Positions 38,071-51,419 of a stretch of 64,000 nt of DNA are shown here, one piece after another (position 1 is the first letter of the stretch; every line of letters starts with the position of its first letter). The notes beneath the pieces were generated by a model. The model searched no databases, had not been told where the DNA came from, and saw only the letters and a program-made list of their open reading frames with translations. Source of the stretch: Callorhinchus milii (lineage: Eukaryota); NCBI RefSeq assembly GCF_018977255.1, contig NW_024704742.1, forward strand, positions 81,966,001 to 82,030,000. The letters are read 5' to 3'. The translations under genes were made by a program, and so were the position numbers.

Positions 38071-38734
38071 TAAAGAAATAATATCGAAAATGTTGAAAGA
38101 AATAAACTGGGAAAGTGGTGGGTCAAATGGGCATGTAATATTTTTTAAAATCATCCAATTTCAATCAGGTATTGAATCCTGTAAGAAGTTAAACCTTGGA
38201 AAAGGTTTGCTAGGTTTTTTCAACCCAATAACAAATTCAGTTGGCAATTTTGTGAACTCAGAAATGCACCATCTGCACCTGAACATCTGAGAATATTATG
38301 TTGGCAGCAGGATTTTTTTCCCTCTCCGAAAACTTGCTAGCATGCAAAATAAAGCACCACCTGGTGCAGTGATTGCTGATTCTGTAAATTTGTTAAAAGA
38401 GACAGGTTGGTGAATAGAACATGGAGCAAAAGATCCATCAAGGTCTAATTATAGATTACATGACAATCAAAAAAGTGAAATTACTTGTTGATACTACATT
38501 GATGATATAGAGACAAGTTTGGATTTCGGTAGAATTTGGTGGACATACCAAGGTGAGTAGTCAAGATACACTGTTGTAGAAAAATATGGGACATTGTATA
38601 AAATAATACGTACATGAAAACTCTATGATGGCAACTCCAAGAGACTACTCAAAGATTAGAGTTCTATATTAATAAATTATTGATACGTGCTGATGATTGT
38701 ATTTATTTTCTTTATTTTAATTATCACAAATAAA

Positions 38735-39155
38735 TGCCTTTGAGTCAGAAGATTGTGGGTTCAAGCCACACATCAGTACTTTGAACTCACACTCCAATGC
38801 TGCATTGACTGAGGTGCTATCCTTCGGATGAGATGTTAAACTGAGGTAGATGGACATTAAGGATCCCATAAAACTGTTTGAAAGGAGAAGGAACTTTTTC
38901 CTGGTGTCCTGGCCAACAACCCCCCAGATACAATTAGTCATTCAATTCACAGCTGTCTGAAAATTGGCTGTCTTGTTCATCTACAAAATACACAGTGATT
39001 ACACTTTACAGTATATCCTGTGACATGTCAGGATTAAGATGTCTCCCGACATGCAAGCCACTGTCTCGAAGACATGATTAGGCACTATATCAAATGCAAT
39101 TATTACTTATTATTATCAAATGCAAGGATTTTTTTTATTATTATATTATTATTAT
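38735..39155 (+). mobile_element. Deu-type SINE
   Basis: GAGTCAGAAGATTGTGGGTTCAAG; GGTGCTATCCTTCGGATGAGATGTTAAACTGAGG; duplicated tail. Confidence 0.75.
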
Positions 39156-42100
39156 AATGAGCTCCTTTGTGCAAATGTCAGTTATTCCAATGCCAGTTAT
39201 TTGGTATGATTACTTTACTTATTTGTAAGTTGAATTGCTGGTTTGCAGGGCAGCTAAGTGGATGTTTGTAAGTGATTAAATATTTGACCATTTGTTATCA
39301 TACTCCTTGTTATACAGTAGCTCTTGTTTTTAATCAAAAAGTATATTTTAAGCAAGCATCATTCCCATTTCATTGTGCTTTTCCCAATCGTAACTGCAGT
39401 AAATAGTTAATTTGCTTCATTTGATCTGAAGAATGAACAACTTCATTACAGCTGCAGAACATGTCTGAGTAAAGAAGGCTCTTCGGGCAACTGCTGAGCC
39501 AGCAAGATAAGTGCTGTCGAGGATGTCTGATTTATCACTGATACGTATTATATCATGGCACTCAGGAAATGTGTCTATCTTTTCGAGAGGCTGAAGGCAG
39601 GTACTGGTTAACTAATACTTCAGGGTTTGATTTGTGTTGACATACCATTGTTTGCCAGAAGCAAGATTTCAGGTGACTTCAAATTACTTAAATTAAGTAT
39701 TCAGCCACTCATTTACATAATAAACTTATTGACGTGTAAGTGAGAAGGATGCCGGGCAAGGGATAACTACTGTAAGTAATGTTCTAAAGGTAATGTCATC
39801 GTGAAATCAACAAATAAATCTGACTTGAGTAATGTAATCCGCATTAGAAGGAATACATATATTTTTCATCTCCACCGCCGGCCGCACACACACATATATA
39901 TTTGTCCTCTGTGACTTTGGTATTGTGTTCAACTGTGTATTTCTATTCTCTGAACAACTTAGAACCAGTACATCTTGCCTGACCAACCTGTTTAAGGAGG
40001 TTACACCTTAAAGTGACAGTGGGAAACCATATGATTGAGTGACTAAGAGGTCCAAAGTACTGTGCATAAGAAATGGATGTTGATTCAGTAACTGGCTGAA
40101 AGGAAGGAAGCAGAGCTGAGACCCATTATGTTCTTAGTTTACATGCTTGAACCACTCTTTTTTCCTGGTATACAGACCTGCCATAGATTTTCAGGCTTGA
40201 TCAATATTGAGAGAGTCAATTTGCAGAACAACCTCCTTCTGCTCACTATTTCCACCACTAGCACTGCAGAGAGAATGCTTGTTCACCTCAGTTTTCATCT
40301 ATCCCTAAAAGCGCAGTAATATTCTCAAATAGAAATACAGTTCTTTTTGAAAAAAAGTTAATTGATGCAGCAACAACTGTTGTATTGGGAATTTGTTCAA
40401 CTTATCCATTATGTGGGTGAGAAAAAAAATCTAATCTGTATTGCTTCTTGAAGCTTTTTTAATTTTAAGCCTGTGACTATAGTTCTGTTTCAGGTCAAGT
40501 AGCCTAGAGACATCCCTAAAAGCATGTGGATTTAAACAATGTTATCATCTAAGCAAACATTGCTATGGAAAAGAATATACTACAAATGCTCTTGTGTAAG
40601 GCAATACACTGATCTGCTTCTCAATCATAAATTCTAATTGATCAATTTCATGTAAAAAATGTTTTGATTAGTTTACGATCCCAAATATCGACTTAGTTCC
40701 TCCGCACAAAATGTGTGTTCACTGTTTTGGGTGCAACATTAATTTCTGGAATGCTCAATGACACCTGATGCCTGCTGACAAGAATTTACTAATTTCCAGC
40801 GCGTTAAATTCAGAGGAAGACGTCAATGCAATGTGAAGCATATGTCAAAACACAAGGATGTGGGGATAATAAGCAGTGCAGTTGTATAACACCTCCATGG
40901 ACCTCAGTGTCTTTTATTTTTGTTTTTAAAGACATTATTTGAATCATGTTGATTGCAGCCTTTTTGGAGATAATGAAACAGTGGCAGGCATGAACTTTTG
41001 AAATTCAGAATGTGCAGCATGACTTAAGCTAATTGGATTCCCTTTTGTAATTGGTTCAGCTGGGGTTTGGACCACTGGTGTAAAACACTTACTGCTGTGC
41101 TAAATCACAAGGATGTGGGAAATCCATGTCAATATCTACAAACTGGCAAGATAGCTTTTAACACTTATTTCACTGGGTAAGTCTGCAGAACGCATTAGAA
41201 AGTAAAAAAATGACCTTCAATGTCTTTCCACGATATCCAAGGTTACAATGAATTTAAATGCAAACCCGATGTATCACTATTTATTTCTCTGAAACAAGCC
41301 TGGATTACAGGCGTCATTTGGAGGGATTTTGCATTTTTAAAGAGTTTTAAACTCATTGATCATGAGGGAATAAAGAAAAGGTTTCAGTAACTGAATGATG
41401 GGGAAAGGGAAAGAACCTTTTATGAAATCTCTTTTAATACAGGGTCTAAATTGTCTAAACACAATTGTGTTTAAATTGTGTGATTGTATGAATGGAAAAA
41501 CAGAGTACATGCAGGCACGGACAGCACAAACATACAATTGTGCTTATGTTAATACTGAAAATGAAATAAAACTAAAATCAATTATTTTATTGGAAACAAT
41601 ATATGCTTAAGAATACTGATGCAGAATGGATTACTAATGTATCTAACTTGTGAGGTCAATTCTTCATTACTTGGAATAAACTGAACAGTTTTGAATTTAA
41701 CATATTGTTGTATAGTGGGTCTATATATTATGTATAAAAATGGTCATTCACTTTCTGGCTGTTTAAGAACATTTTTGTAAGAAAGTAATCCTCCACTTCA
41801 CAGTAAAGTCTTGTGAAGTGTTCCTCCCAATGTGAAAGACACTATACCAAATGCAAACAGTATTATGTTAAATTAAGGGAAAAAACTTGCATTACGTAAT
41901 TACAAAGAAGAATATTGAGTTGTTGTCACCATAGGGTGACACATTTGAGCAGCATTCAGACATAAAGGAATACTATGAAATGAGTTTGCTGCCATTACCC
42001 AGTTTGGAGGACTGCTGACCTGAGCTGAGCTGCTAAAAGGGAGGTATTTAATGGAGATTCATGTCCAAAAGTAGAAAATTGGAGAGTAAATTAAGCAGCT

Positions 42101-42644
42101 CTTGTGTCCTGGCAGTCAGCAAAAACGCAGAGTTTGTTAGTGGTTGCCAGCTGTCTTTATGGAGAAGTTTGAACTAAACGGGGAAATAAAAATCGAAGCA
42201 ACTTTGTTATTATAAGATTGGCAACTTCATTTTTGGTCTTATGTAAGTAACTCCCTTTTTATATACAGCATGATATTCATTTTTCTAAGTCGTGTTTTTG
42301 ATCAACAATTTAGAACTTTTTATTTGATGAATTGCTAGTTTTTATATTCTGGATCTAAGAATCCTTCAAAGGCTTCGAAAAATATTTTGGAAGAAAATAA
42401 CCTTTGCTGGTACTTTGACAGTTTTAACAAATAACGATGGAAATCAAATTACTGTTGTTCAAACGTCCAGTAATATTTGCCAAAAATATTTATATTATTC
42501 AATCACACCCTTCGGACAGTTTGGAGGTTTGATTTGCTGGCTGTTGTGCTTCCAGCCATCACTAAGGTTTTCTTTATGAAACAAGCTGCGCCACACTACA
42601 AACAGCTGTGGCAGCAAACATCCATATCAGAAAAGGGAAATTAA

Positions 42645-42835
42645 TATTAATAATTCTTGGATTTGATATAGCGCCTTATCACATTCTTGGGAATCTCAAA
42701 GCGCTTTCTTGGACAAATGTGGAGGGCACAGGGAACCCACCCATGATCCTCCCTCTGATGTTAGAGAGTCTGGGATCTACCATTGAATATACTGTAAAGT
42801 GAATTAATTGACTGTGTATTTTGTGGGTGAAAATT
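42645..42835 (-). mobile_element. SINE tail variant carrying a 78-bp extra module
   Basis: Module at 42707-42784 matches 50129-50206 in reverse complement. Confidence 0.7.
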
Positions 42836-43209
42836 AGGAGGATATCTGTTTTTTAAAAGGTGTTTTTTTCAATAGCAATGAACGATGTCTGCCCATACTG
42901 TACAGTGAAAAATAAAAATAGAGTGATTTAAGGGATCAATTCAGTAGCCTTATCATTCAATCTACCTACCTATCCATAATCCTCAGAGATGAGCAACAAT
43001 AATTCCATGTTTTAGGTCAGTGAGTTATGAGGCAGTCTAAGTGAGTTCACACTGTTCTTATTCGGAAAAAAATAAATGGCATGGCAGCAGTTCAGTCAAA
43101 TGCGTCTGATGATGGCATAAGATGTAAGAGTGAAGTTTATCCTCAGAACAGAGAAATTGATAACCCAATAACTGCACTACTGTGTGCTGTTCTGTTTGGT
43201 GTAAGATAA

Positions 43210-43690
43210 GGAAATAGATAAACTGGAGTCATTCAGCCTTGAGCAGAGATGTTGCAGAGGGGACCTTATAAAGGTATGTAACAGGCTTATTTGGATGAAG
43301 GAAGTAAACCTGCAGCAATACATTCCAAATAGATAAAGGCAGTAGGACAAGAGGACACAGGTTTAAAGTTGTGAAAGGTAATTTCAGTACCAAGCATTAT
43401 CCTAAGTCTGTGAGATCATTTTGAAATTTAGGATTGCAACAGTGGGATGGTTTTTAAATTCTAAAATGTTAAACTTGATTTGGAAGCCAGTTTTCCACAG
43501 TTCTTAATATTAGGTGCAAAGCTGGTCTTAGAAGTGTTTCATTACACAGTCTAAACAACAGCTAAAGTCAGGATTGATTCAAGTACCCATTTAAGAATGA
43601 GCTTGATGCTATAATTGGAAGAATATAGTGAGGTATTCTGCAAGAATGTGCTGAATGGCTTTCTTCATCCAAACCTCTTGTTTCTTGTGA
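43210..43690 (+). mobile_element. Old CR1 3' region
   Basis: FSLEQRCCRGDLIKV, TRGHRFK and FKNELD. Confidence 0.7.
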
Positions 43691-43910
43691 AATAACAAAA
43701 TAAACTGACATACTCTGGATTAAGAAATAGTAAAGGAAAACAGAGTTGATACCAGGAAAGGAATGGGCATTGTGGATCTAGGAAGTGCATTGAACTATCA
43801 GAATGAACTCGATGAGGTCAAAATCTCCTTTCTAACTTGCCCTTCCTTACTAAGGTGCTGGAATGAGTTGTTGCCTCCCAGCTATACTCAACAACAACAA
43901 AATTAAATTT

Positions 43911-44215
43911 TAGCACTGAGACCGCCTTGGTGAAGTCACCAATGGCATTCTCTCTATCTGTGACAATAAAACTTGCACTTATACAGTGCCTTCCATGCAG
44001 CGCAGCTTAACAATGGCGGAGCCTGACTCCGAGCCGAGGTGGGTGGGGGAAGGTGACCATAATCATGGTCGAAAGAAAGGTTTTAAGATGTGACTTGAAA
44101 AAGAGGAGAGAGGGGGAGTGCTCCAAAGGTTTGGGGCATAGTGACCAGGACTCTCTGTGCTTCCTTATTCTCCTCAATCTCTCTGATGTATTTGGTAACA
44201 TTGACCATTCCATAA
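43911..44215 (+). mobile_element. L2 RT fragment split by an antisense L2 3' end (43965-44140)
   Basis: STETALVKVTNGILSICD, then DQDSLCFLILLNLSDVFGNIDH; GTGAC at both junctions. Confidence 0.75.
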
Positions 44216-44937
44216 TGTGGCAAGAATAACAACAAATTATCCCAGACTTTTTTTTAAAGACAGGATAGGAGAAACAGATAGGGAGAAAAGGTATGAATGT
44301 AATACATAAACTATGCTATTAGAAAGTGGGGATGTAAATAAATGTGATCTGTGAGTGGAAACTGGAGTAGAACCATGGAACAGGAGAGGATGTAAACCAC
44401 CGGTGGGAGTATTTTATAGACTTATTTTATAGACTGTAAAGATTTAACACAGGAAGGCATGTGTAGTTGGTATCGGAAAGCCTGTAAGATGCAAAACGGT
44501 GGTCCTAAAGGAAGATTACATTTTGTGTTTCGAGGTCTATATTAATCCCTGCAGTGAATGTTCCACAGCTTCCATATTTTTGATAGATGATGACATTCTC
44601 AAAATTGTGAAACAGAAAATTACTCATGACCTAAATACAAGGATTATTATAAATAACAAAGTAATCAACATCAACAATTTGCATTTATATAGCATCTTTC
44701 ATGCAGAATAGTATCTGCTATGAGGAAATAATCAACCGCTGATTATCGGTAACGTCCAATTTATCTGATATTTATTACGTAGAAAACTAATGATGTTCAA
44801 AGTTCAAGGCTTTGAAAGATGTTATAAACCTTGAGAGCAAGTTTTACATTTTTATGTGCAGGATAGTTTTTTCATAGTACAGTATTTTACAACAACCGAA
44901 CATTGGTTATTTTTGTGGAATGTTTTCAGCTTAGTTC

Positions 44938-45505
44938 ATAGAATCATACAATCACAGAATTATACAACACAGAAGAAGACCATTTGGCCCATCATGTCTG
45001 TGCCAGCTCTTTGAAAAGAGCTACCCACATCAATCCCAGTCCAATGCGCTCTCCCCATAGCCCTGCAAACTTGTCTTCCCCAAATAATTATCTACTTCTC
45101 TCTTGAAAGTTGTTATCGATTCGGCTTCCACCATCCTTTCAGGCAATGCATTCCAGATCTGAACAACTTGCTGTGTGAAAACATTTCTCCTCACCTCCCC
45201 TTTGTTTCTTTTAACTAAAATTTTAAATCAGTGTCCTTGGGTTACCGACCCACCTACCAATGGAAATAATTTCTCCTTGTTCACCCTATCGAATCCCCTC
45301 AACATATTGAAAACTTTTATTAAGTCTCCTCTGGTTCAAGGAGAATAATCCTAACTTCTCGAGCCTCTCCTGATAACTGAATCCCTTATTCCTGGTACCA
45401 TCCTGGTAAATATCCTTTGCACCCTCTCCAATGCCTTGACATCCTTTCTAAAGTGTGGTGCTCAGAACTGAACACAGTACTCTAGCTGAGGCCTAACCAG
45501 TGTTT
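44938..45505 (-). mobile_element. CR1 3' region
   Basis: Tail CATAGAATCATAC on +; reverse complement of YCVQF.APHFRKDV.ALERVQ. Confidence 0.88.
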
Positions 45506-45579
45506 TTTACTCTTTCGGTGCCATCTCATTTTAGATGTCTCACTGAGTATCAGAACTTCCATTATAGTTGGAACTGTAA

Positions 45580-45930
45580 GGCTCACTCTCATTTTCAAAT
45601 CTCTCCATGCCCTGGTACCTGCCTACCTCTCTGATCTATTTTTACCTCTTCCTCTAACTGACAGCTTCACTCAGCTGGCTCGGGTCTTCTGTACATTCTT
45701 TGTCCCCTACACAACTGGTAGCCGTTCTTTTACGCTGAATCTCCGCAACTCCATGCTTCAATTCCTCCATCTTGCTCCCTCTTTGCCCATCTTCAAATCA
45801 CATCTGAAGCCTTTCCTGTTTTACCATGTCTTCGGTTGTCTCCCATCCCTTTCCAACTTGGCATCAAACACAGCTGTTAAGTGCACCTGTGTGTAAACGC
45901 TCTACGTAAATGCAAGTTGTTGTTATTGGA
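45580..45930 (+). mobile_element. Old L2 3' end
   Basis: TLIFKSLHAL.PAYLSDL; tail AAATGCAAGTTGTTG. Confidence 0.75.
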
Positions 45931-47728
45931 AGTGTAATTTTTCAAAGGGCATTTTTATTCATTGGAAATTCCTGGAAGTTTGGCTGGACTTTTCCACCGA
46001 GTACTTTTGGTTGTCTGTGGGCCCATCGCTCTATGGAAGCTGATGGACTTGCAAATCACACAGTAATAATTATTGACTAATTATCACTAATTATTAATTG
46101 GCAACAAATGGCTGCTGCCTCATGACCAACTGAATAGTGTGGCTCTGAGTCTTGTGTGAGGAAGGGAGGGTGCTTTACAGCATTGACATGGGAGATAGGT
46201 TTACCTGCGAGGAATAACACATTTGCCTAAAGGTAAGGAGCAACAATTGTCACTGCAAAGCCAGGAATTTAATTTGTATTTAAAATCAACTTTGTTTGGG
46301 ATGTTAAGGGTTGCACATGAACCTTTCATATCATAGAACCTGTATTTGGGGGGGGTTTCATCCTTTTATCGCTGGTAACAAACTTCACATATAATCCAGA
46401 CAGGAGGAGCAATATTGATTTCTCTTTAATCCTTAAGACTGTGAAGTGTGTTTTTATATTCTCCATTCAGTTTTCAATAGATATGAGTGTACATAACAAG
46501 ATTATTCACACACTTTACTAAGAGCTACTGACAAGGCACAGTTTTACAGTATAAATGTAATAATCCTTGCATTTGATATAGTCTCATCACATCGCTGAGA
46601 AGTCTCACTTTACAGAAATTATTGTAAAGTGTGGCAATTTTGTATTTGTAGGCTGGCACACTTCTTAACAGGACACGCTTGAGTCATTATTTCACAGAGC
46701 CTACACCCATTCTCACATGCTCTTTTTCACTCCATTCAGGTGCCAGCTAACGTATTCGTGATCATGATATGCTTTTCCATATTAACAAATAACGATTTAT
46801 GCCTATTTTTGAATTAAGGTGCTGTAAGTTTGTTGAGGTATTTTGGTGGAACTGGATCACATCAAGGATACAGATATTGATGATGAGCTACACATTCAGA
46901 CAATGTGGAAAAAAATAGTGACCGTCTATCTGTATGTGCAATGAAAAATTGTTCTGTTTATTGTGCATCGTGGAGTAAACAGATGAAATGAAAATTAAAT
47001 AGACCAACTGAGCAGGCAGTTGCCTCAGGCTGCTTAGGGCCACAAAGGTTTGTCACCTTAACATGGCATGTAAACGGGAGTGCAAAATCAGGAGTTAATT
47101 AAGAATCAGAAGGTGCGCACTACATTATTACTCTGATCTTTCAAATAGCAGTGTTTAAATTATTTTTGCTTACGGCAATAAAACTTGTATTACGGTCTTG
47201 TTAAAAGGCCATAAAGCTGCACTGTACTGGAAATTCTGCCTTTGTCATGTTTAGTAGAGCAGAGATTTTGTTAATGTCTTTCTCTAACTTAGTTTTGGTG
47301 GCACTTATTCAGAGATTGAAGTAAAGCCATCAACAACTTACATTTATACAGTGTTTTCAGGTATAAGAAATATCCCGAAGCACTTTACAGAACGGAATGA
47401 GATTAGAAATGAAGTGAACGTTGTTCCGGAAATAAATGTGGCAGTTAAGATATGTTAGGAATATCATACAATAATAATAAGATGAGCAGTCAACCAATTA
47501 TAATATTTGGTGTGTATTTGGATAAGGACCAAATGTGGGATAATAAAAGCGGGAAGAAAACTTCACCCTTCTTTGTAATCATGACCGGGGTCCTTTCACC
47601 AGCGTAATCACAAAACACACACAATCTAACTTATTGACTCAAATGATAAATGGATGATGATCTGTAAGTAAACAAAAATACAGTTGCAGTTATTCTAAAA
47701 ACTTGTCCTCCCTAAATAATTAACTGTA

Positions 47729-47865
47729 GATAATTATTTAGGGAGGACAAGTCTGCAGGGCTTTGGGGAGAGAGCTGGGTAGTGGGATTGATTTGGAAGC
47801 TCTATTCAAAGAGCCAGCACAGACACGATGGGCTGAATTGTCTCCTTCTGTGCTACACGATTCTT
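47729..47865 (+). mobile_element. CR1 3' terminus with an inverted duplication of its 5' end
   Basis: Matches 24692-24830; 47701-47722 is the perfect reverse complement of 47731-47752. Confidence 0.85.
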
Positions 47866-47869
47866 TCAA

Positions 47870-49095
47870 AACATTTTGGATTCAAAATTAGCTGAAGGGA
47901 AGGAAGCAGAAGATACATTGTTAGGAGAACTACATTAAAATTGGGGGCAGTGTTAAACGGCGTGCCTCAAGGGTCTGTACTTGGGCCCTTTCTGATGTTA
48001 GAAACTATTACTGATCTGGATTTGTAGACCCAGTGCAAGGTAGTTACATTTACAGATTGTTTGGTGGAGCTGTGCAATCAGAGAGAGCAGCAAAATGTCT
48101 TGTAAAGAGAACTTGATAGGATATGCACCTGGGCTAATAGCTGGAGTTTAATACCGATAAATTAAAAGTACTACATATAGGAAGTAAGAATAGGAAACAG
48201 AAATACTCGATGGATAGTATACAACTTACCAAAGGGGAAGCTGAAAGAGATCTTGGAGTATTAGTTAATTCTATGCTAACCATGAGAATAATTAGACACG
48301 CTAGTCCTCTTGTGTTTTGAGAGTAGATATCTCAGAGAGGACCTTATCGAATTACAATCAAAGTCGCTTAAGCCAGATATATTGGACTGGCCATTTTGTC
48401 CGATTTAAGTGGCATCCGAGGTTAACAGACTTTCCCTTACCTCTTCCCGCCCAGCAGAACAGTGGCAGGACCGCCTCCATCCCATTGCCATTCCCACTAG
48501 ACAGGAAAGGAACCAATTAGCAGCAGCTGCAAAGTGATTGACAGCTGGAGCTTTCAATGGGTGAAGTACCCATCCATTCACGAGGGACTCTAACTATCAA
48601 TCAATTGAGAGTTGACTCCTTCCATTCCTTCCCTTGCTTCTTCCCTGTTCCTCCACCAACCGCCTCCCCCCCCCCCACCCCCCACTCACTGAATGACAGC
48701 CCAGACTCACTTGTGAATGGCTGGAGTCCGCTGTCAATCAATCACCATCCTCACATCTCAATCCTGGAGCCGCTCTTAGTTGAATGGAGTTCGAGATGCA
48801 GCAGAGACCAGTGCAGCATTTTGTCTGACGCAACCGGCATATTTAAAATGTGTAAAAATACAAATGAAGTGGGGCCGGGCATTTTGCACGATTTACTCAG
48901 GGTCTGGTGATAAATGTATATAATATTTTAAAAAGGATTGAAAAAGTAAACCCTGAACAATATTTTAAGATACACACAGACAGTAAAACAAGAGGTTGTA
49001 CGTTTAAAGTTGGGAAAGACAATTTAAGGACAGACACCAGGAAGTATTTATTTACCCAGTGAATAATTAACAACTGGAATAGGTTTTCAGGACGT
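47870..49095 (+). mobile_element. Old CR1 RT relic interrupted by a MITE
   Basis: [32 protein letters not shown] then VYNILK across the insert, KYLFTQ. Confidence 0.8.
48355..48916. mobile_element. Tc1/pogo (Tigger-like) non-autonomous element
   Basis: TA|CAATCAAAGTCGCTTAAGCC start and ...TG|TA end; subterminal repeat GGACTGGCCATTTTGTCCGATTTA versus GGGCCGGGCATTTTGCACGATTTA; CR1 sequence rejoins across the TA. Confidence 0.55.
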
Positions 49096-50271
49096 GGTAT
49101 ACATTTGCTTTCAAAAATCTATGCTCAACACCACAGTCAATTAGCTCACTCAGATAGTTACAAATTGCACATATTGAGGGTGCAACCTCTTTGACTCCAA
49201 GCCAGGCATTATTTTTAACAGTGTGAAATTAGGCCACTACATACAACAGGATTTTGGCCCATTAACACAATAAGGCAGTTCAACACTATCCACAAATGGA
49301 CTTTAAGATTAACTGATTTACATTGGGATAGATATCATCCTCTTTCAACAAATCTGTGTTATTTTGGTTTTCTGGCTGCATCCTGTTTTTTTAACCCATA
49401 TGCTTTTTTTCTCGGGCTTTCTCTGCATTTCTTGTTCCATTGAGCTGCACACTTAATTTCAGGAAATTCAATAGAGATCACAGAATGGGCATCAATCGAG
49501 GATTAATACTGATTAACTACTGATTAGAAGATTTGCTATTCCTGATCTACGCTGCAGTGCTGCAAATTGCTGGATTATAAATGTTCCTTTGGTGTTGCAA
49601 TGCCAGATGTCAGTATCAGAAGATGAAAGGAATATGTGGGATTCAGTTGCTGCAAATAACTAAAATAAGCAGCAGAGAAACAAGTTACAATAGTGATAGA
49701 TCATATTTGTGTAACAAGATGATTGACATCAAACTGGTTTGGAACAAGACTATTTTTCATTAATATAGAACAATTAACGGTTCCTAATATATTTAATGGA
49801 ATTGTTAAGTGAATTAATTAGGGATAATCTTACCATGACAAATATTTTTTTCTGTGTGTCTGTAAGGTTTTGTTTTCCTTTTAAGGTATTTACATAACTT
49901 TCCAACTTCCGAAATATAATCAATGCATAATAATTCTATGATGTGGAACAGCTCTGTGAATAAATTAACAACGGTTCAACATACTTTTGAATACTTTCAT
50001 ATACACTTCAGTGGTAGGGAAATGTTGATTTGTTTTACAAGATATCCATTAGAATAGCTTAATGGTTGTGATGAGTCTGACAGCAGATTTACTGGTAGAC
50101 ATTGGCAGTGCTTTCAAGTTTCATATTCAATGGTAGATCCCAGATTCTAACATCAGAGGGAGAGTGTCATGGATGGGTTTCCTGTGCTCTCCACTTTTAT
50201 CCAAGAAAGTGCTTTAAGACGTCTCAAAGACGTGATAAGGCACGATATCAAATGCAAGGATTAATATTTGT

Positions 50272-50583
50272 GGAGCCCTGCAGCTCAGTGGTTAGAGCAC
50301 TTGCCTTGCAAGCAAGACACCTGGGTTCAATTCACGGCAGGGCGAAACCTTGGGCAAGTTTCCTTACTCCACACGCCTAATAATAATCCCTCCTAAAACA
50401 AAAATAAATTGTCATTTCAATCCACGACTGTTCGTGGAACACTGCTGTGCGCAATTGGCTGCTGCGTTTCGCCCACAAATATAGGGTCAATTCACTTTAC
50501 AGTCTATTCTGCGAAGCGCTTTGAGACGTCGAGAAGACGTGAAAAGTGCGAGATCAAATGCAAGGATTATTATTATTATTATT
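50272..50583 (+). mobile_element. Full-length young SINE (tRNA-Ala-like head, CORE-like segment, Deu/L2-type tail), short form
   Basis: A-box AGCTCAGTGG, anticodon-like stem CTTGC/GCAAG around TGC, B-box GGTTCAATTC, CCTTGGGCAAGTT, (ATT)n tail. Confidence 0.93.
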
Positions 50584-50954
50584 CATATTTAGACTTCTGG
50601 TGCTCAGCATCTGCTTATTGTTGCCAGCAATTTATTAAGGGAGATAAATAAATATTCGGAAGGTCCATCTTGTTTTCCCTTTTGGGTAACAGCAATATTG
50701 TTCCAGATCTGTGTTACTGTGTTGCAGAGCTCCTTGAATGGTAGATCCCCATATCAGACATAGACACAATCGGGATTTTCAAAGAATGCCACACATTGCT
50801 TACATTCAAGATTTCTGAGGTTTTCCTTACAGGTTGATATCCTTCGATGATGGAAAAAAATATTATTATGTAGTTATTCATTATTCCAGTTCATTCTCCA
50901 AATCAAAGTTGAATCTTTCCATCCTTTTTCAGTTTCTCGCCCATCAAACAGTTA

Positions 50955-51320
50955 GCAGCCCTGCTTGATTGGAAGCCTCTGTGTGAAAATGTCACGAGTT
51001 CCATTCCCATACATTCCCATTCTGTTCCCACTTGTCAAAGTCTAGACTTGACAGCCTGATACAGTCCTGGGGGTACATTGCATTGTCAGAAGTGCTGACC
51101 TTCTGATGAGACATTAAAACGTGATTCCATCTGCTTAATCAGATAGAAATTAAAGACCCCACTGCACTGATTGAGAAGAGTTTCTCTCGATGTTCTGGCC
51201 AAGAACCCTCAACTTCAATTATTGCTTCACCTCATGTGTGTTTGTGGAACATTGCTGTGACATTCTTACCCAGAGGTGGCGCAAGTTGGATCCTTGCATT
51301 TGAAATGCAAGGAATATTAC
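50955..51320 (+). mobile_element. Old Deu-type SINE
   Basis: GTCAGAAGTGCTGACCTTCTGATGAGACATTAAAAC core. Confidence 0.65.
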
Positions 51321-51419
51321 GATTCAATTAAGGGACAAGGGAACTACTGCTAAGCTTCACACCTGCAATTGGTGGAATTGCATTCAATGGTTTCTTTATT
51401 TTTCCAGGCTATGATCCAA

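Noticed and set aside
41505..41530. REST/RE1 site (CACGGACAGCAC)
   Set aside because: Only the right half-site matches
50272..50345. tRNA-Ala gene (and tRNA-Thr-like head at 53290)
   Set aside because: Continues directly into SINE body and tail, and the anticodon differs between copies; these are SINE heads
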